A DNA stretch of 64,000 bases, taken from the NCBI RefSeq assembly GCF_009914755.1, contig NC_060929.1, one strand, 5' to 3'. The notes below the pieces were generated by a model. That model was not told the origin of the DNA. It saw only the letters and a program-made list of their open reading frames with translations, and ran no database searches. Shown here piece after piece: positions 1 to 14,432 of the stretch; within the stretch, counting starts at the first letter, position 1, and every line of letters begins with the position of its first letter. The stretch comes from the human T2T-CHM13v2.0 reference genome, Homo sapiens. The position numbers were made by a program, and so were the translations under genes.

Positions 1-217
1 CTTGGCATCCCCATGTGATATTCTTTCCAACTGGACACAGTGTAGGATACTTGAGTGTCCTCAGAGGAGAAAGGAGGGAAAGGTCAGAGAGTGACCTTCC
101 TAGGTTTCAAGGCTTGCTTTGGGGAAGAAAGAAACACGAGAATGGCCTCTGTGCTTCTGCTGTTTTCTCAAATGCCAAGGAGCCATATTTTGGGGTATTG
201 TGTCCTGTACCTTATCA
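1..217 (-). mobile_element. ERV1 LTR fragment, MER34/MER39-like (5' end at 217; runs off the window)
   Basis: Reverse complement begins TGATAAGGTACAGGACACAATACCCCAAAATATGGCTCCTTGGCATTTGAGAAAACAGCAGAAGC, resembling the 5' end of MER34-group LTRs as recalled. Confidence 0.6.
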
Positions 218-218
218 G

Positions 219-385
219 CAGGTTCAACGATTGTAACAAATGAACCATTGTGGTATGGGATGCTGATGGTGAAGGAGATTGAGTCTGGGTGGAGACATGG
301 AGTATATGGAAATTGTCTGTATTTCCCACTAAATTTTGCTGTGAACCTAAAACTACTCTAAAAAATAAAGCTTATTCATAAAAAT
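219..385 (+). mobile_element. L1MC1/2-like LINE-1 3' end
   Basis: ttgtaacaaatgaacca...aaattttgctgtgaacctaaaactactctaaaaaataaag followed by an A-rich end is the typical L1MC 3' terminus. Confidence 0.75.
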
Positions 386-1070
386 AATTTTAACATGCAG
401 AGTCAAAGATTTTTCAAAATCCTTATGATATGCATATGATTCATGGATGACTTCTGAAATTTTATTATCCTGCAGACATTTTCTCTCTGAAGACGCTTTG
501 ACGTTATTTTCGGGAAGCCTATTCCTCCCCCAGAGTTCACAGTATTGTTGATCAGGAGGGATGAGCAGCAATGCGTGTAAGCTATGCTGGGCCCGTTATC
601 TCTGGGAATGTTAATCATGACTGAAGTGGTAAAGCAGCTGGTGCAGTATGTTGTAATAGTGATGCAGGAAATTTCTGCTTTGTGTGGTTCTTGCCCCATC
701 TAAAGCCTCGTTGTTGTTTTCCCCACTCTGACACTCTGACCCTCCCGAATTTAAAACAAAAAAATCCAACTGCTTCAGGTAATGCAAGACAGAAAGATAA
801 ATTGAATCTTTAGGGGACAGGTTTCAGTTTAGCTTCATCGACCTACTGGCCTGCATGCCCTGAATGTCCATCCTGCTCCATGACTTAGCAGCTTACAATA
901 ATGATTCTATTTAAGAGTTTCTCTTGTCCTGTCAGTGTATTATGATAGAAAGTAATATCTTGAAAGGGAAGACCTAACAAAACAAAATTAAATTAAAAAA
1001 AAAGTTGTTTCTTCTGATTTCTGTTTAAAACCAAGTAACATGGAGTATTAACTATGTAAGTGGATAATTT

Positions 1071-1382
<312 letters not shown>

Positions 1383-1429
1383 TGAATAATTTTTATACAA
1401 CCTGTCAACAGGGTAACAAGTCTGCAGGA

Positions 1430-2630
1430 GACTTTTATCCCAACGTTTTATAATAAAAAATGTAAAGCATACTAAAAACTTGAAAGGACAGTGCAAAGTT
1501 GTATCTACATAAAAAAGTTAACATTTTGCCATATATGTTTCCTTTTTATAATTTTTTTGCTGAGTCTTTTGAACGCAAGTAAGTATAGACGTCAGGTCAC
1601 TTTTCCTCTAAAAATTGTACCGTGTGTTTTCTAAGAATTAGAGGATTCTTCTTCATGACTATAATAATATTATTACAATAATGAAATCTGGTAATATTGA
1701 CTACTATTATCTAATTCAAGGCCATACATGAATGTCTTTATTCCTGCCATCCAATATCTCCTATAACTTTTTTCTCCTAACAATGAGCCAATGAAGATTC
1801 ACACATCCTATTTTGCTGCTTTGGTTTGTTATTCTTTTAAAATCTATGGAAATATTTGCATAGTATTTGTTCTGTTTTGCTTTGTTTTGTCCTATGATGT
1901 TAATTCTTTGCAGAGATCTGACCTGTAGAATGCTCCATACTCTGAATATGTTTATCTCCTCATTGGTCATTGAACTTTCCTGTTTACTGTATATTTTCTA
2001 TAAACTGGAAGTTAGAACTATAAGATTGTATATTCAGTTTAACATTTTGAGAATGCTAAATAGCTAACGAAGTTGTCTTCAAAATGCATCATATCACAAA
2101 GCACAAAATGTCAAGTTGTCACTCCCAAGTAGGATGCTGACGTGGTTCATTTGGTAAAGGTATGGACCACCAGATATGACCACTGCAAAGTGGTGTATGT
2201 GTGTGAGCGTGCACATGCATGCATGTGTGTGTCTGCTCCTACACATTGCCCACAAATGCATGTTTTCTCCTTGGTATGGGGAGTAGTTTGTTGGATGGAT
2301 TGGTATTATGCAAAAAGGATTATTAAAAGCTTACATAGTTTTATTTATTTTTGTTTTCAATCAGATATGGTCATTTTTCTTTTCAGTGGTCAAATTGATT
2401 TAAAGTTGGCTGGCTAACTCCTACGTCCTCTTGTGAAGTTCCCATTAGTTGTCTGTGATTCTCACAAACAATAGCCCATGTGCTCCTCTTCCTTTTCTGT
2501 TTTAGATCTGATATCATCAGTTTTGCAAGGAACTTTGGTCCTCTTACTGAGAAATTCTTTTAGAAACCAATGCTGGTGTGCTCATTGCTACTAGCTAGGT
2601 ATTGCTTCTAGGCCATTTCAGTGAACAAAG
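1430..2630 (-). mobile_element. Old L1M (L1MC4/5-like) 3' fragments
   Basis: T-rich degenerate sequence with L1MC-like motifs (ttttctaagaattagaggattcttcttcatgactataat); boundaries approximate. Confidence 0.45.
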
Positions 2631-2635
2631 TTGGA

Positions 2636-2736
2636 AAGAGATAGATAGAAAAAGATAGAAATGGGGACAGAGTTAGAGATAGAGAGATATAGAGATGGAA
2701 TAGATATATATACAGAGAGATGTATATAGATATATA
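2636..2736. repeat. (GA/GATA/TA)n degenerate simple repeat
   Basis: agagatagatagaaaaagatagaa...gagatagagagatatagagatgg...tatatagatatata. Confidence 0.7.
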
Positions 2737-2775
2737 ACTGTATTTGATATTCCTAATACAAATGTAATATTATAG

Positions 2776-3186
<411 letters not shown>

Positions 3187-3299
3187 TATCCTACATTTCA
3201 TAATGATATCAACAATGCTACCTAAAATAAATAACCCACTAAGTGAAGTGCAAGCCATTTTTACAGTCCTTTTTGTCCTAGAATATTACATGTAGAATT

Positions 3300-5330
3300 T
3301 TATTCATTTATTTCACTTTGTTTTTAATTTTAGGATTATTTCTTGTAATTTAGTCATGTTTTAAAAAGTAAATAAAACCATTTACATAGTTTAAAAGAGA
3401 AAAATGTTTTAAATTATTCTCAGAAATCTTGCTTTTATTTCCTATGCCCTTTATAAGTAAACATTTTTAGTATTTCTTGTTGCTTCCCCAGTGTTTATTT
3501 TTTATAAAAATAAGCAAATACATGCACATGTATATTCATATTTCAACTTCTTTAAAATTTTCATTTACTATGTCCTGGAAGTAATTTGCTTCATACATAA
3601 ATACTGGTCATCATTCTTTTTTCATAGCTGTGTAATACATTCTTTTTGTGGAAGTGAAGTGGTTCATTAAACCAATCCTTTAATTTGAATATTTGGATTT
3701 ATTCCAATCTTCTGTTGTTTCAAATAATTCTGCGAGGGATAACCATTTGCCTTGGTATTTCATACCTGGATGGTTTTCTTTCTTTCCTAGATGAAATCTT
3801 TACAGTGGGAATGCTGAGTCAAGCAGTTAATGCATACGCAATTTTGTTTGATATTGCCAGATTCTCCTCTGTGGTAGTTATGCCATCTTGCAATCATTTC
3901 CAGCAATGTTATGGAGGGCTTATTTCTCCATAGCATTGCCCACAGAGCATACTGTAAAACTTCTGGATTTTTGTCTATTGAATAGTGGCATCTTTTTGTA
4001 GTTTAATTTGTATGTATCATTCAAATGTGACTGCCCACTTTTTTTCATAAACTTAAGTGTCATCTACTTAGCTTTTTGGGGGGAACTCTCTTCACATTTT
4101 ATGTCCTGTTTTTAAATTAATTAGATTGTTGACAATTTTCTCTTAATTTTTAGGAGCATTTTATGTACTCGGAAAAGAAACCAGTTGCCTGTAGTATCAT
4201 TTGCATTTTTTGTTGTTGTTGTTTGTGACTTCTCTGCGGTGCTTTACTGTTCTTTTAAGACTTAATGTATCAGTCTTGACTTTTGCTGCTTCTAGATTTT
4301 GAATGCTAACAAGACTATCTTCATTCCTTGGATATAAAGTAATCTATCTATGATTTTTATCTAGAATTTGTCTGTCACTTAGGTTGGAGTGCAATGGAGA
4401 GATCATAGCTCACTGCAGTCTTAATCTCCTAGACTTAAGTGATTCCTCCTGCCTCAATCTCCTGAGTAGCTGAGACTACAGGCACACATTACCACACCCA
4501 ACTATTTTAAAAATGTTTTTGTAGATATGGGTTCTCACTTGTTGCCCAGGCAGCTCTCAAACTTCTGGCCTCAAGGGATCCTCCCACCTGGGCTCCCCAA
4601 AGCACTGGGATTACAGGCATGAGCCGCTGTGACCAGAAACACTTGTATTGTAAAAATCTCCAATCTATTTGGAATTACTCAGCTGTGAAGTGTGGGACCT
4701 AGATCCAGTTATATCCTTTTGTAAATGATTATCCAGTTGTGCCAGCATTACTGATTAAAAAGTTTACTTCCCTCAGTGACTTCAAACATTCCTGAAAACT
4801 CATGTTGTATTTCTTTATGCACATGGGTCAATTCCGGACTTTTCTATTCTAAAAAATTGCTAACTGCTAATGTGCTATTACCTACACCTTTTGAAAAAAA
4901 CTTATTATAGAGGGCTTCTAATATGTTTTAATTTCTGATAGGTCTAACTTGTTCCCCATTACTCATTTTTTTCAGGTTTTTCTTCTAGTCATTCTTATTT
5001 GGTATATATTTTTAAACAAGGATATTATAGTAAACTTGACTAGCTCCAGATAATAAATCGCTATATTTATTATGATTCTGTTGTATTTTACTAACTGGGA
5101 AATAATTGATGTTTTTATAATATTGATTTAACCTCTCTAACAATAGTGTTTGGCCTTTCCTTGGTCCAAATCTACTTTTGATCTTTTGGCAAATTTAAAA
5201 ATCGTCTTTATATTTTGTTCATTTTAATCTTATTCCTAACTATTTAATATTTAAACTTACTACTGCCTATGGAGTTTTTTTCCCTTTCATTATCTCTTCT
5301 AATTATTGTTTGAAGAACTATAAAGTCTAT
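3300..5330 (-). mobile_element. Highly degenerate L1ME-like fragments, interrupted by an AluJ
   Basis: T-rich antisense L1 motifs such as ttcctagatgaaatctttacagtgggaatgctgagtcaa, ttatccagttgtgccagcattactgattaaaaag and gggtcaattccggacttttctattct; boundaries approximate. Confidence 0.5.
4372..4636 (-). mobile_element. Degenerate AluJ (Jo/Jr-like), tail lost
   Basis: gatcatagctcactgcagtctt...ctcaagggatcctcccacctgggctccccaaagcactgggattacaggcatgagcc. Confidence 0.88.
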
Positions 5331-5424
5331 TGATATTTTATATTGATATTTTATGATATTTTAAATATGTGGTATGATATTTAAATATGTGTATATATGT
5401 GTATATATGTATATATATGTGTGT

Positions 5425-5458
<34 letters not shown>
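5328..5458. repeat. Compound microsatellite: (TGATATTTT)-like units, then (TATG)/(TA)n, then (CA)n
   Basis: Read directly from the sequence. Confidence 0.85.
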
Positions 5459-5459
<1 letters not shown>

Positions 5460-6699
5460 AACTTTATTTTACGAGAGAAGAATATTTTAGTTCACTTACT
5501 AGGAGTTAAACTTATAAAGAGGTAAATTAGCCAGATCAATTTATAAGAATATTGTGATATTTTCCTCCTAGAAATAATAGAGTCATGGTCTTCTTCTTCC
5601 AATGGCAAGTCCCAAACATTTTGCCTTATAGCTGTCTCCTTCCTTGCCATATCTCTAAAGGATTTTCAACTCAAAGTCCCAGTATGAGTAGGTTATCTTC
5701 TCCAAGTGAAAGCTTCTCAGAGCTGCCTTAGTACTGTCTTCTGAGTATTTACAGTGCCTTAGATGTTTTTCTTCTTTTTAGTTTTATTAGATAAATATCC
5801 TCTTGAAAAGAGAGATTGAAAACTTTTTTAAAAGGTTAGAGTTATAAGATTAATTTCTTTTCTATCTAATGTCTGTGATTTAAAACACAGTACACAGATA
5901 TTTCTGTATATAATTATTAAACTTTTTTTAAATGGAAAAGCTAGCTAAGTCTGTCTTCCTTTAAAAGTGTTTTGTAAACAAGCTTTTCATTATATATAAA
6001 AATAAACACTACAAAATTAACATACTTTATGCAAAGAATCATTGAAAAATACTCACATATCTCTCTATTAAAATAATTTCTGCTTCAATCAATTTATAAT
6101 TTTATAATTTTCAGTCAAATAATTCCATATTCCTATGAAATCAATATTTTACTTATATTGATAGTTCAAAAGTATATTTAAATTGAAGAACCACTGAATT
6201 ACATTCCTTATAAAAGATTTATCACTGATGAGTATTGAAAAATTGCTAAAGAACTGCTCAGTATTACTGGAACATTGCTTTATTCTCACTTAAAGTCAAT
6301 TTTTTTTTTTTTTTCTGGAAAAGGCAACTTGTTTTTCATTTCTTTAAGAAGTTAACCTGTAGTGACCCAGCTTCTAAACAGCCACTGGAAAATAGAAGTG
6401 GCCAATTCCCATCTTCCAAAATAAACAAAACAGCTTAGAACAGATATTAAAAGAGTTTGAAGTTTGTGGGTTTCTTTCTTTGTAATATGAATCCAAAAAT
6501 CTTCACAGAATAAATCTTCCTTTCAAGGACTAATGGAGGTCATCTGTGGGAGAGAAAGAAAAGAGGCAACACAGAGGAGAAAGAAAAACATTTGTAGATC
6601 TCCGGCCACCCATAGGCATTACTTAATATGCTTATTATTTTAGCAGGTGGGTGTAGGGGGTAGGAACGTAAACAAAATTTTATTAACTATGTATGATGG

Positions 6700-6860
6700 A
6701 CCTTATTACATAGTTATATTATTTAATCCTCATAAATGCACTTTGAGAAAGACTTTCCAACATTTTGAAGGAAGCGGAGGAGGCCACAGAAATTAAAGTA
6801 ATTTTGTCTAAGGTGACTCAGTTGGTGAGTCATCTCACTTCAAAGTCTGAATGTGCATGT
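6700..6860 (-). mobile_element. MIR fragment
   Basis: atttaatcctcataa...gaggccacagaaattaaagtaattttgtctaaggtgactcagttggtgag resembles the antisense MIR core. Confidence 0.6.
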
Positions 6861-7675
6861 TTATTTCCTGCTTTTAATGTTTTTTGGTATTTTAAAACAA
6901 GACTTTCTAACTCCTGTCATTCACAGAGTAGCATTCCATGTCTTGCCATTGCTGTGTACTGCTTATGTTATTATTTAGTGTTTTTCTCCCCTTTAAATGG
7001 ACTTTAGAGCTACCCATTGTGTCAACGTTTCCTAGTCCTACGAAACAAAGGCTTGATAGAATAGTTGTGTTTTCCTTTGTGCTATATATTATGATAAATA
7101 CACAATTTTACAGTTTTGTCATATTCATCCATGCATCACCGAAAACACTGTCACTGGTTTTGTACTCACCGCCTGTTAGGAAACACTGTCCTGGAAGTAA
7201 ATACACTATAACTAAGGGTGGATTTCTCATTAGCCTATTTTCACAAGACTAGTCTTTCCTTGGTTTTAGGCCACCAACCTCCCCTGGGCTCTTACCCCTT
7301 TAAAACTATTCAGCAGGATAAAGTGAAAACAGGAATATCAGTACTTTAGTAGAATCTCAGGAGTGTAAAGTTGCAAAGGTGAAACTTGGGCAGTTGGGGT
7401 AAAGTAAGCCTAAGGCTACAGATAACTCCACTGTGGACAATTCCTGAGGACTTGACAGGAGGAGAACTGACTTATGGCTTCCCTGAAGCAAGAGGAAATG
7501 TGCAGACTGTGTACGTCCCTCCCAGGTTAAAGTGAGTAAGATGGCAGAGGGAATCCAAGGTTTGCTCTGGAGATCCGAAACCAGAGTTAGCATGGTTTTG
7601 AGCCTTCCAAGGATTTTGAAGATCAGATGCTCAAAGGAGGAAAAATAAAGAACAACAACAAAACATTGAAGCTGA

Positions 7676-8020
<345 letters not shown>

Positions 8021-8401
8021 TAAGATTCCCATGAAGAAAAATCCAGGAAAGGAAGATGTTACATTCTCATGAAACTGCTCTAATTTCCCCATGTCGGTTA
8101 CTATTCTGTTTCCCCATTCTGAGAAGAGTAACCAAACCCTGACAGCAAAATAATGCTCTCCTGGATTTTTCATTTAGATGGCAAGGAAGTAGCCTGAGGG
8201 AGTAGGGGCCTTAAGAGATACTTGATTCAGAAACTGGAGCCAAATCCAAGACTAGTGTCCTGGAAGAGATATAGCATGCTTAACCGGGGACTGAGTGGAA
8301 TGAGAACGGCAGAGAAATTCCCTGTGAAAGGTTTAAGATGAGGAAAGTCCTGAAGTTCCTAGAAGCTGGTGTGCAAATTTGAGATTTAAACGAGGATGAA
8401 A

Positions 8402-8572
8402 TGCAGTATGGTACAATGGTAAATTGCATGGGCTCTGATTCAAAACTGTTTGGATTTTTAATTGGAAGTCCTTCATTCACTAGGTTTGTGACCTTGAAGA
8501 GTTTAATTAATATCCTTAACCTCAATATTCTCATCCTCAAAATGGAGATAATTAAATTCCCTAATTCCTAGG
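8402..8572 (+). mobile_element. MIR
   Basis: gcagtatggtacaatggtaaa...gtgaccttgaagagtttaattaatatccttaacctcaatattctcatcctcaaaatggagataat matches the MIR core. Confidence 0.75.
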
Positions 8573-9304
8573 GTTCTCTCCATCAAGTGCAGCCATCCAC
8601 AGTGGATATGTTAGCTCTTTAAAAATCAGTATATTTCTATTAGATATGTAATCCATATGGTAGTATTCTTACCACACTGTCTGGTCTGCAGAGTCAAAAG
8701 GTCATGAATAGAAAATTGCCTGGAAGCAATAGATATATGAGACCCTTCATAAATTAAAGATTATGAAATATCTTTTGGAATATCAATTGTTTATCATTAT
8801 TACAAATGACAGTACTTAATGGGAAGTGAAGAGGAAAACACAAATACAGTAGTTCACATATGGTTCCCATTAGTTGGAACAGCTATTGGTGTTTATAAAG
8901 ACAACTTCACTCACCCATCAGAAACAGAATGTTACTGGATTAATTTTTTAGTTAGCAGTGATAGACAGGTTTGGAGTTTTTCATTTGCCTCTATTTTTAA
9001 GGGGCAGTTATTTTGTCTGCGTCTGCCCAGAGTTGGTGGTATTATGAAAGACAGCAGCTAGTTTGAATCCTCCCAACATCATGTTTTCTACCTACCTGGG
9101 TTAACTTGCACTAGATACTGTAACAACAGCCTTTGTTACCTTACAGGCAAACCCTGAGACCAAATGATTAATTTTCTTTTTTTTTTCCATCCTTACATGA
9201 GAGTTCATAAAGAACTGAGGTACATTGTTGCTCCTTTTGCCCTGCTTTAGCTAGTGAGGACATTTAAAAAATAAGAATTATTTTAGCATTGTTGCATTGG
9301 AAAC

Positions 9305-9748
9305 TATAGTGGGTTAAATAGTGTCCCAATGCATGTCCACCCAGAAACTCAGAATGTGACCTTTTTTTGGAAATAGGGTATTTGTAGTTGTAGTTAGTGA
9401 AGATCAGGTCATAGTGGATTATGGCAAGCCCTAATGACTAGTGTCCTTGTAAGAAGAGAAGAGGACACACAGATGCACAGACACTGAGGAATCAGAGAGA
9501 GAAGAAAGTGACAGAGCCAGATGATGGAGCGGAGCATACACAAACCTAGGAATGCCAAGCATTGCTAGGAGCCAGCAGGCACTGGGAAGAGGCAAGGAAA
9601 GATTCTTCCCTAGAGCCTTCAGAGGTAGCATGGATCTAGTAATACCTTGGTTTTGGACTTCCAGCGTCCAGGACTTTGAGAGAATTACTCTTGTGGTAAT
9701 CTACCAAATTCATGGTAATTTGTTGCAACAGCCCTAGAAAACTAATAG
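9305..9748 (+). mobile_element. MaLR solo LTR, MLT1C-like
   Basis: 5' tatagtgggttaaatagtgtccc...gaatgtgacct...ggaaataggg; internal ggcaaggaaagattcttccctagagccttcagag; 3' ggtaatttgttgcaacagccctagaaaactaata. Confidence 0.85.
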
Positions 9749-11127
9749 AGAATCATTTTCCCTTATTCCAGCATTTCGCAGGTAAGGAATGAAAAATACA
9801 GCCAAGCAATGTAACTTGTCAACTAGCAGTTAAAATAGATTCAAAGCATTTGTTGTAATCTAGGTCTTGTGACTTCCCTATAAAACTTACTGGTTCTCAA
9901 ATATCTATCAATGCATTTAACTCCCTTGAGAAAAACTGAAGTCCTGTGTTTTGTTGTTTTTTTCCTTTAACACATTTTGTTTCATTGTATCAAAGTGTTT
10001 CTTCTTTCCATATTATGCCTGTAATTGCTATGCACCTATTATTATTTTAAAACCCTTTGTTCATTTTCCTTTATGCATATGCCATTAGAGTTACTGAAAA
10101 CTTCAAAATATTTGTTAACATTGAAATCCTTTCCATTTCCCCCAGCTATGCTCTGTCAACCCTAATACTTCACTATTTTGTCATTGTACACCTTCTACAA
10201 GGGCAACTTCACAAGATAAGGAATAGTCTTAAAAGAGAACTGCTTCAATCTTAAAACTTATCTCTGTTTAAAAATTCTGTTTGATGACAAAGAGATTCTT
10301 AGAACATTACCCTCAGTCCCTCAGTAATCTCATTTTTAAGGGGCCAAGGTTGTTTGTTACTGCATTTGCAAATTAGGAATAAATTGTTTTTTATTTGCTT
10401 CACAGTTTTTATTTAAGGGACAAAGCAATAAATCTTTAAGTAATGAAAAATACATGTAAAAAATGTTGTCAAGGTAATTGAGTTATGCTGAGCCATAAGT
10501 ATGCATTCTGACAGTAATTTAGTGGTATCCTTTCAGAGAGGCCCCAGGAATGGAAGTTCCAGGAAATAGTAACATATGTTATTTGGGTGGTAGGAGTTTG
10601 CCTTAGGTAAGTCGCCAGACACTCTGGTGACACTAATCAGGAAAATACAAAGGCAGGCTGGTTTCATGTGTAAATGTACATTGTCTTTTGGGGAAATGTG
10701 TTGTATTTCCATAATCTGAGTGAGCAATGGTGCTAACATATCGAAAAGATAATATTTAACTCTATAGTTTTTTTGGCTTATATGAAAAGTAGTGTCATCT
10801 TTATACTTACATTGTCTTACTGTTCATGGAATCTCTGATGAATCTTCTAAAACCACTACCATGAATTTCCTGAAATCTTTTATTTTTATTATGTTATCTG
10901 AAATATCACTCACAAAGAATAATTTCTTTCATTTCTAAACATTCTAACATACATCAGCAAAGGAAAGGAAGAGAAGGAGTCAATGAGCAAAATATCTGAA
11001 AGAGAAAAGCAAATACATTTAGGTGTAGCTACTTAAACAGCCGGTGTCTTCTGAACATCAGTGAAATCTGTTTTTCCTAAGTTCACCAAAAGATTCCCAG
11101 AAAATCTAAATTAACAGCAACTATCCC

Positions 11128-11499
11128 TGTAGTAGTATTTTAGGGCTGCCGTAACAAAGTACCACAAACTGGGCAACTTAAGACAACAGAAATGTAGTTT
11201 TTCAAATTCTGGAGGTCAGAAGTCCAAAATTTTAGTGTCGGCAAGGTTGATTGCTTCTGGAAGCTCTGCAGGAAAATCTATTCGATGCCTCTATCCTAGC
11301 TTCTGATGTCTGCCAGCCATCCCTGGTGTTTTTAGACTTGTTGATGGAACACTCCAATCTCTGCCCCCATCTTTAAGTGGCTTTCCTTGCTGGAGGTCTG
11401 TATCTCCAATCTCCTTCTCCTTTCTTTTATAAGAACACCAGTCATTGGCCTTAGGGAACCCCTAAATCCAGAATATTCTCAACTTGAGATCCTTAATTA
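11128..11499 (-). mobile_element. MaLR LTR, MLT1C-like (partial)
   Basis: tagggctgccgtaacaaagtaccacaaactggg...tctggaggtcagaagtccaaaat...ttataagaacaccagtcattgg...gagatccttaatta. Confidence 0.85.
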
Positions 11500-12924
11500 T
11501 GCCTAATAATATTCAACAGGGCACAATGAAACAAATGAAATTCAGGATACCTTGTTTACTTTAGGATATTATATTAAAAGTGAGAATGCACAACTTTTTA
11601 TTTTATATTAAGGATAAGACATATGTCTCTCTCTCTCTTTGTCACTATTTTAAATTGAGTACCCACACCACAACGCAAGTAGGCTAAAGAGTTGACGTAG
11701 TGTCTAACATTCAAAGATTCATGTGGGCATCCAACTGAAAGTTCATCCCCCTAATGCGTAAATAGAAATCTCTGGATAGCTTTCACCACATTTAGTTTGC
11801 TTTTCAGGATTGAAGAGGGAGCCTCAGCTGCCCATTCTGCTATTCATTAAAAATAAATGGCTCTCATAAAGAATATTAATTATAATAAACTTTTCCATTT
11901 AATAAAACTCAACCTTTCAAAATGGGACTTTGGGTGACATTGGAGAGCAGAGGTGAAGGGCATATCAGAGTGAGCAGCCTGTAACTCCAATGCTTCATTG
12001 AGAGCAGATGGTGCTCAGAATCAGTCCACTTATGATCACTCCATAATAAAGATTACAGTTGCATGTCCCCATTGAGAGGTGTGCTCGGCAGGCTGCCAAA
12101 GCTCTGAAACAAGTTCTCGGCCCATCTTGTTCTGTGTTAGATTTTTTTCCTCTCCATTTATCTAAATCATTTCATATTTCTACTAATAAATCTGTCCATT
12201 AAAAAGTTAAATTTTTTAAAAAGCACTAGTTTTATGTAGTCATTATTTTTACATGAGGTTATTAACAGTGACAAGAATTTTTTTTATTGTTCCAGATCTT
12301 AACCTTACAATAATATTTTGAGTTATACACATGTTTGAACTACAGTCTGTTTCCAAGGTATATGAAGTTGATAATTAGACAATGAATACAAGGCTTTTTT
12401 TTTTTTCTTTCTGTGAGGTTGGCCTTGTAAGTAAAGAAATGTGGGTGTTATAACAAGGTAGCAGCTGTAACTGAAATTCTAATGCACAGCAGGGAGTCTG
12501 ATACAAAGCACTTTCATTCTTCTCATGAGTTGGCTGGAAGCCATTCTTTCCAGGGGATAAAGTAGAACATTGTTCCAATACATGACCACTTGTGAGTTTC
12601 CATGGGCAGCCCACACAAGACCTTGGGATGATTATACAGACACAAAAAGCAACCAGCAGACACTTTTTGATGCAGTTTGTGTAAACCTAAACTCTTCAAA
12701 GCATGCAGGTGACTATGAAGTCAAAATAATACATTTTTGAGGAATCACTTTAAACCAGTGATACAATTAACACTGAGAGAGGCTAATTTGTTTCTCCATC
12801 CTAGTATGTGAAATGCTACATAGAGATAGGTGTAACAGGCCTATCTGAGAAGCCTATACCCATTTACACAACAACCCATCTCTTGTCTATGACTAGATTT
12901 TCTCATTTTCACTAAGCATCATTT

Positions 12925-13430
12925 TTATCAACATTTTTTGTTAAAGTATAATAAATATGCAGAAAAGTGCATGGCATAAATTATAAAAGGAGAGCTGGAT
13001 GGGTTTTGTCAAACTGATCACATTCATAGAACCCACACAGGTCATAAAACAAGGTTACTAGAATTTCCCTCCTTCTCTATGTCCCCTTTTAATCACTATC
13101 TCCTTCAAAAGTAACAGCTTTGCTGATGTTTAACTTCATAAAACTTTGTCCACTTTATATCCATAGAATCATACAGTATACAGTCTTGTTTCTGGCTTCT
13201 TTCATTTCGCACTATGTTTATGAGATTTATATGTATTTTCTGTGAGGTCATAATTGTTATTGACAATAGTATTCTGTTGTGAAAATATGGCACATTTTAT
13301 CAGCTTTACTGATGATAGATTTTGTTTTTATTTTGAGGCAATTACAAATAGCGTTTCCAAGAACATTCTAGAATGCATGTTTTGGTGACTGTACACTTTT
13401 CTGTTGAGTATGAATATCTTAGAGTAGAAC
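12925..13430 (-). mobile_element. Old L1M (L1MD/ME-like) 3' end
   Basis: aaagtataataaatatgcagaaaagtgca...tatatccatagaatcatacagtatacagtcttgtttctggcttctttcatt is typical antisense L1M 3' UTR. Confidence 0.65.
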
Positions 13431-14136
13431 AATGTTTCCTGAATTTCTGTTCACCTTTTGTAGAAACTAGGTGTAACTTCAATACGATTTCTTTTCCTGC
13501 CTGTATTTCTATGAATATATAATATTTATTCTTATTGATCCTTTTTCTTGGAGAGCTGATACTTTTCGTGTCGAAACCTCACATTGCCATTCACAAGGAT
13601 GATTGCCCCAAGAGTTATTGGGTAGATTAATTGTAATGTTTCCACTGCATATTGATTATTAAAAGTTATGATGCTCTTTTTACCCCCTTAATTACTCTCA
13701 AATAATTTCCTTCCCTGTTATCCCATGATCATGCCTTTAGTTTAGACTCTTATTTCTTACCTATACTACTCATTGTCTACTTAACTGGTTCAACTGTGTT
13801 TTTCCACTGACACCCCCAGCAAATGCTCACTAACACTCTCCCACTGTGGGTTTGATGGTCAACATCAAATAAATCTGCCCCATGTCTATATAAGAACTAG
13901 CTTTATTAAAATTGAGTCATTATTTTATTGTTTTAAAATCTTCAATATTATGTCACATTCAAAATATTTTTTCCACTAAACTCTGGCTTTCATAAGTATT
14001 CATAATCTGTCGATCTCTTGTTCCAACATAGTCATACTTTCTAGGATTTAGCTTACTCCCTTATACCTTCCTCCCTTTAACACTGTTCTTTATCTCATGG
14101 GTTGGCATGGATTGGGTATAGCAGATATTGACAATT

Positions 14137-14432
<296 letters not shown>

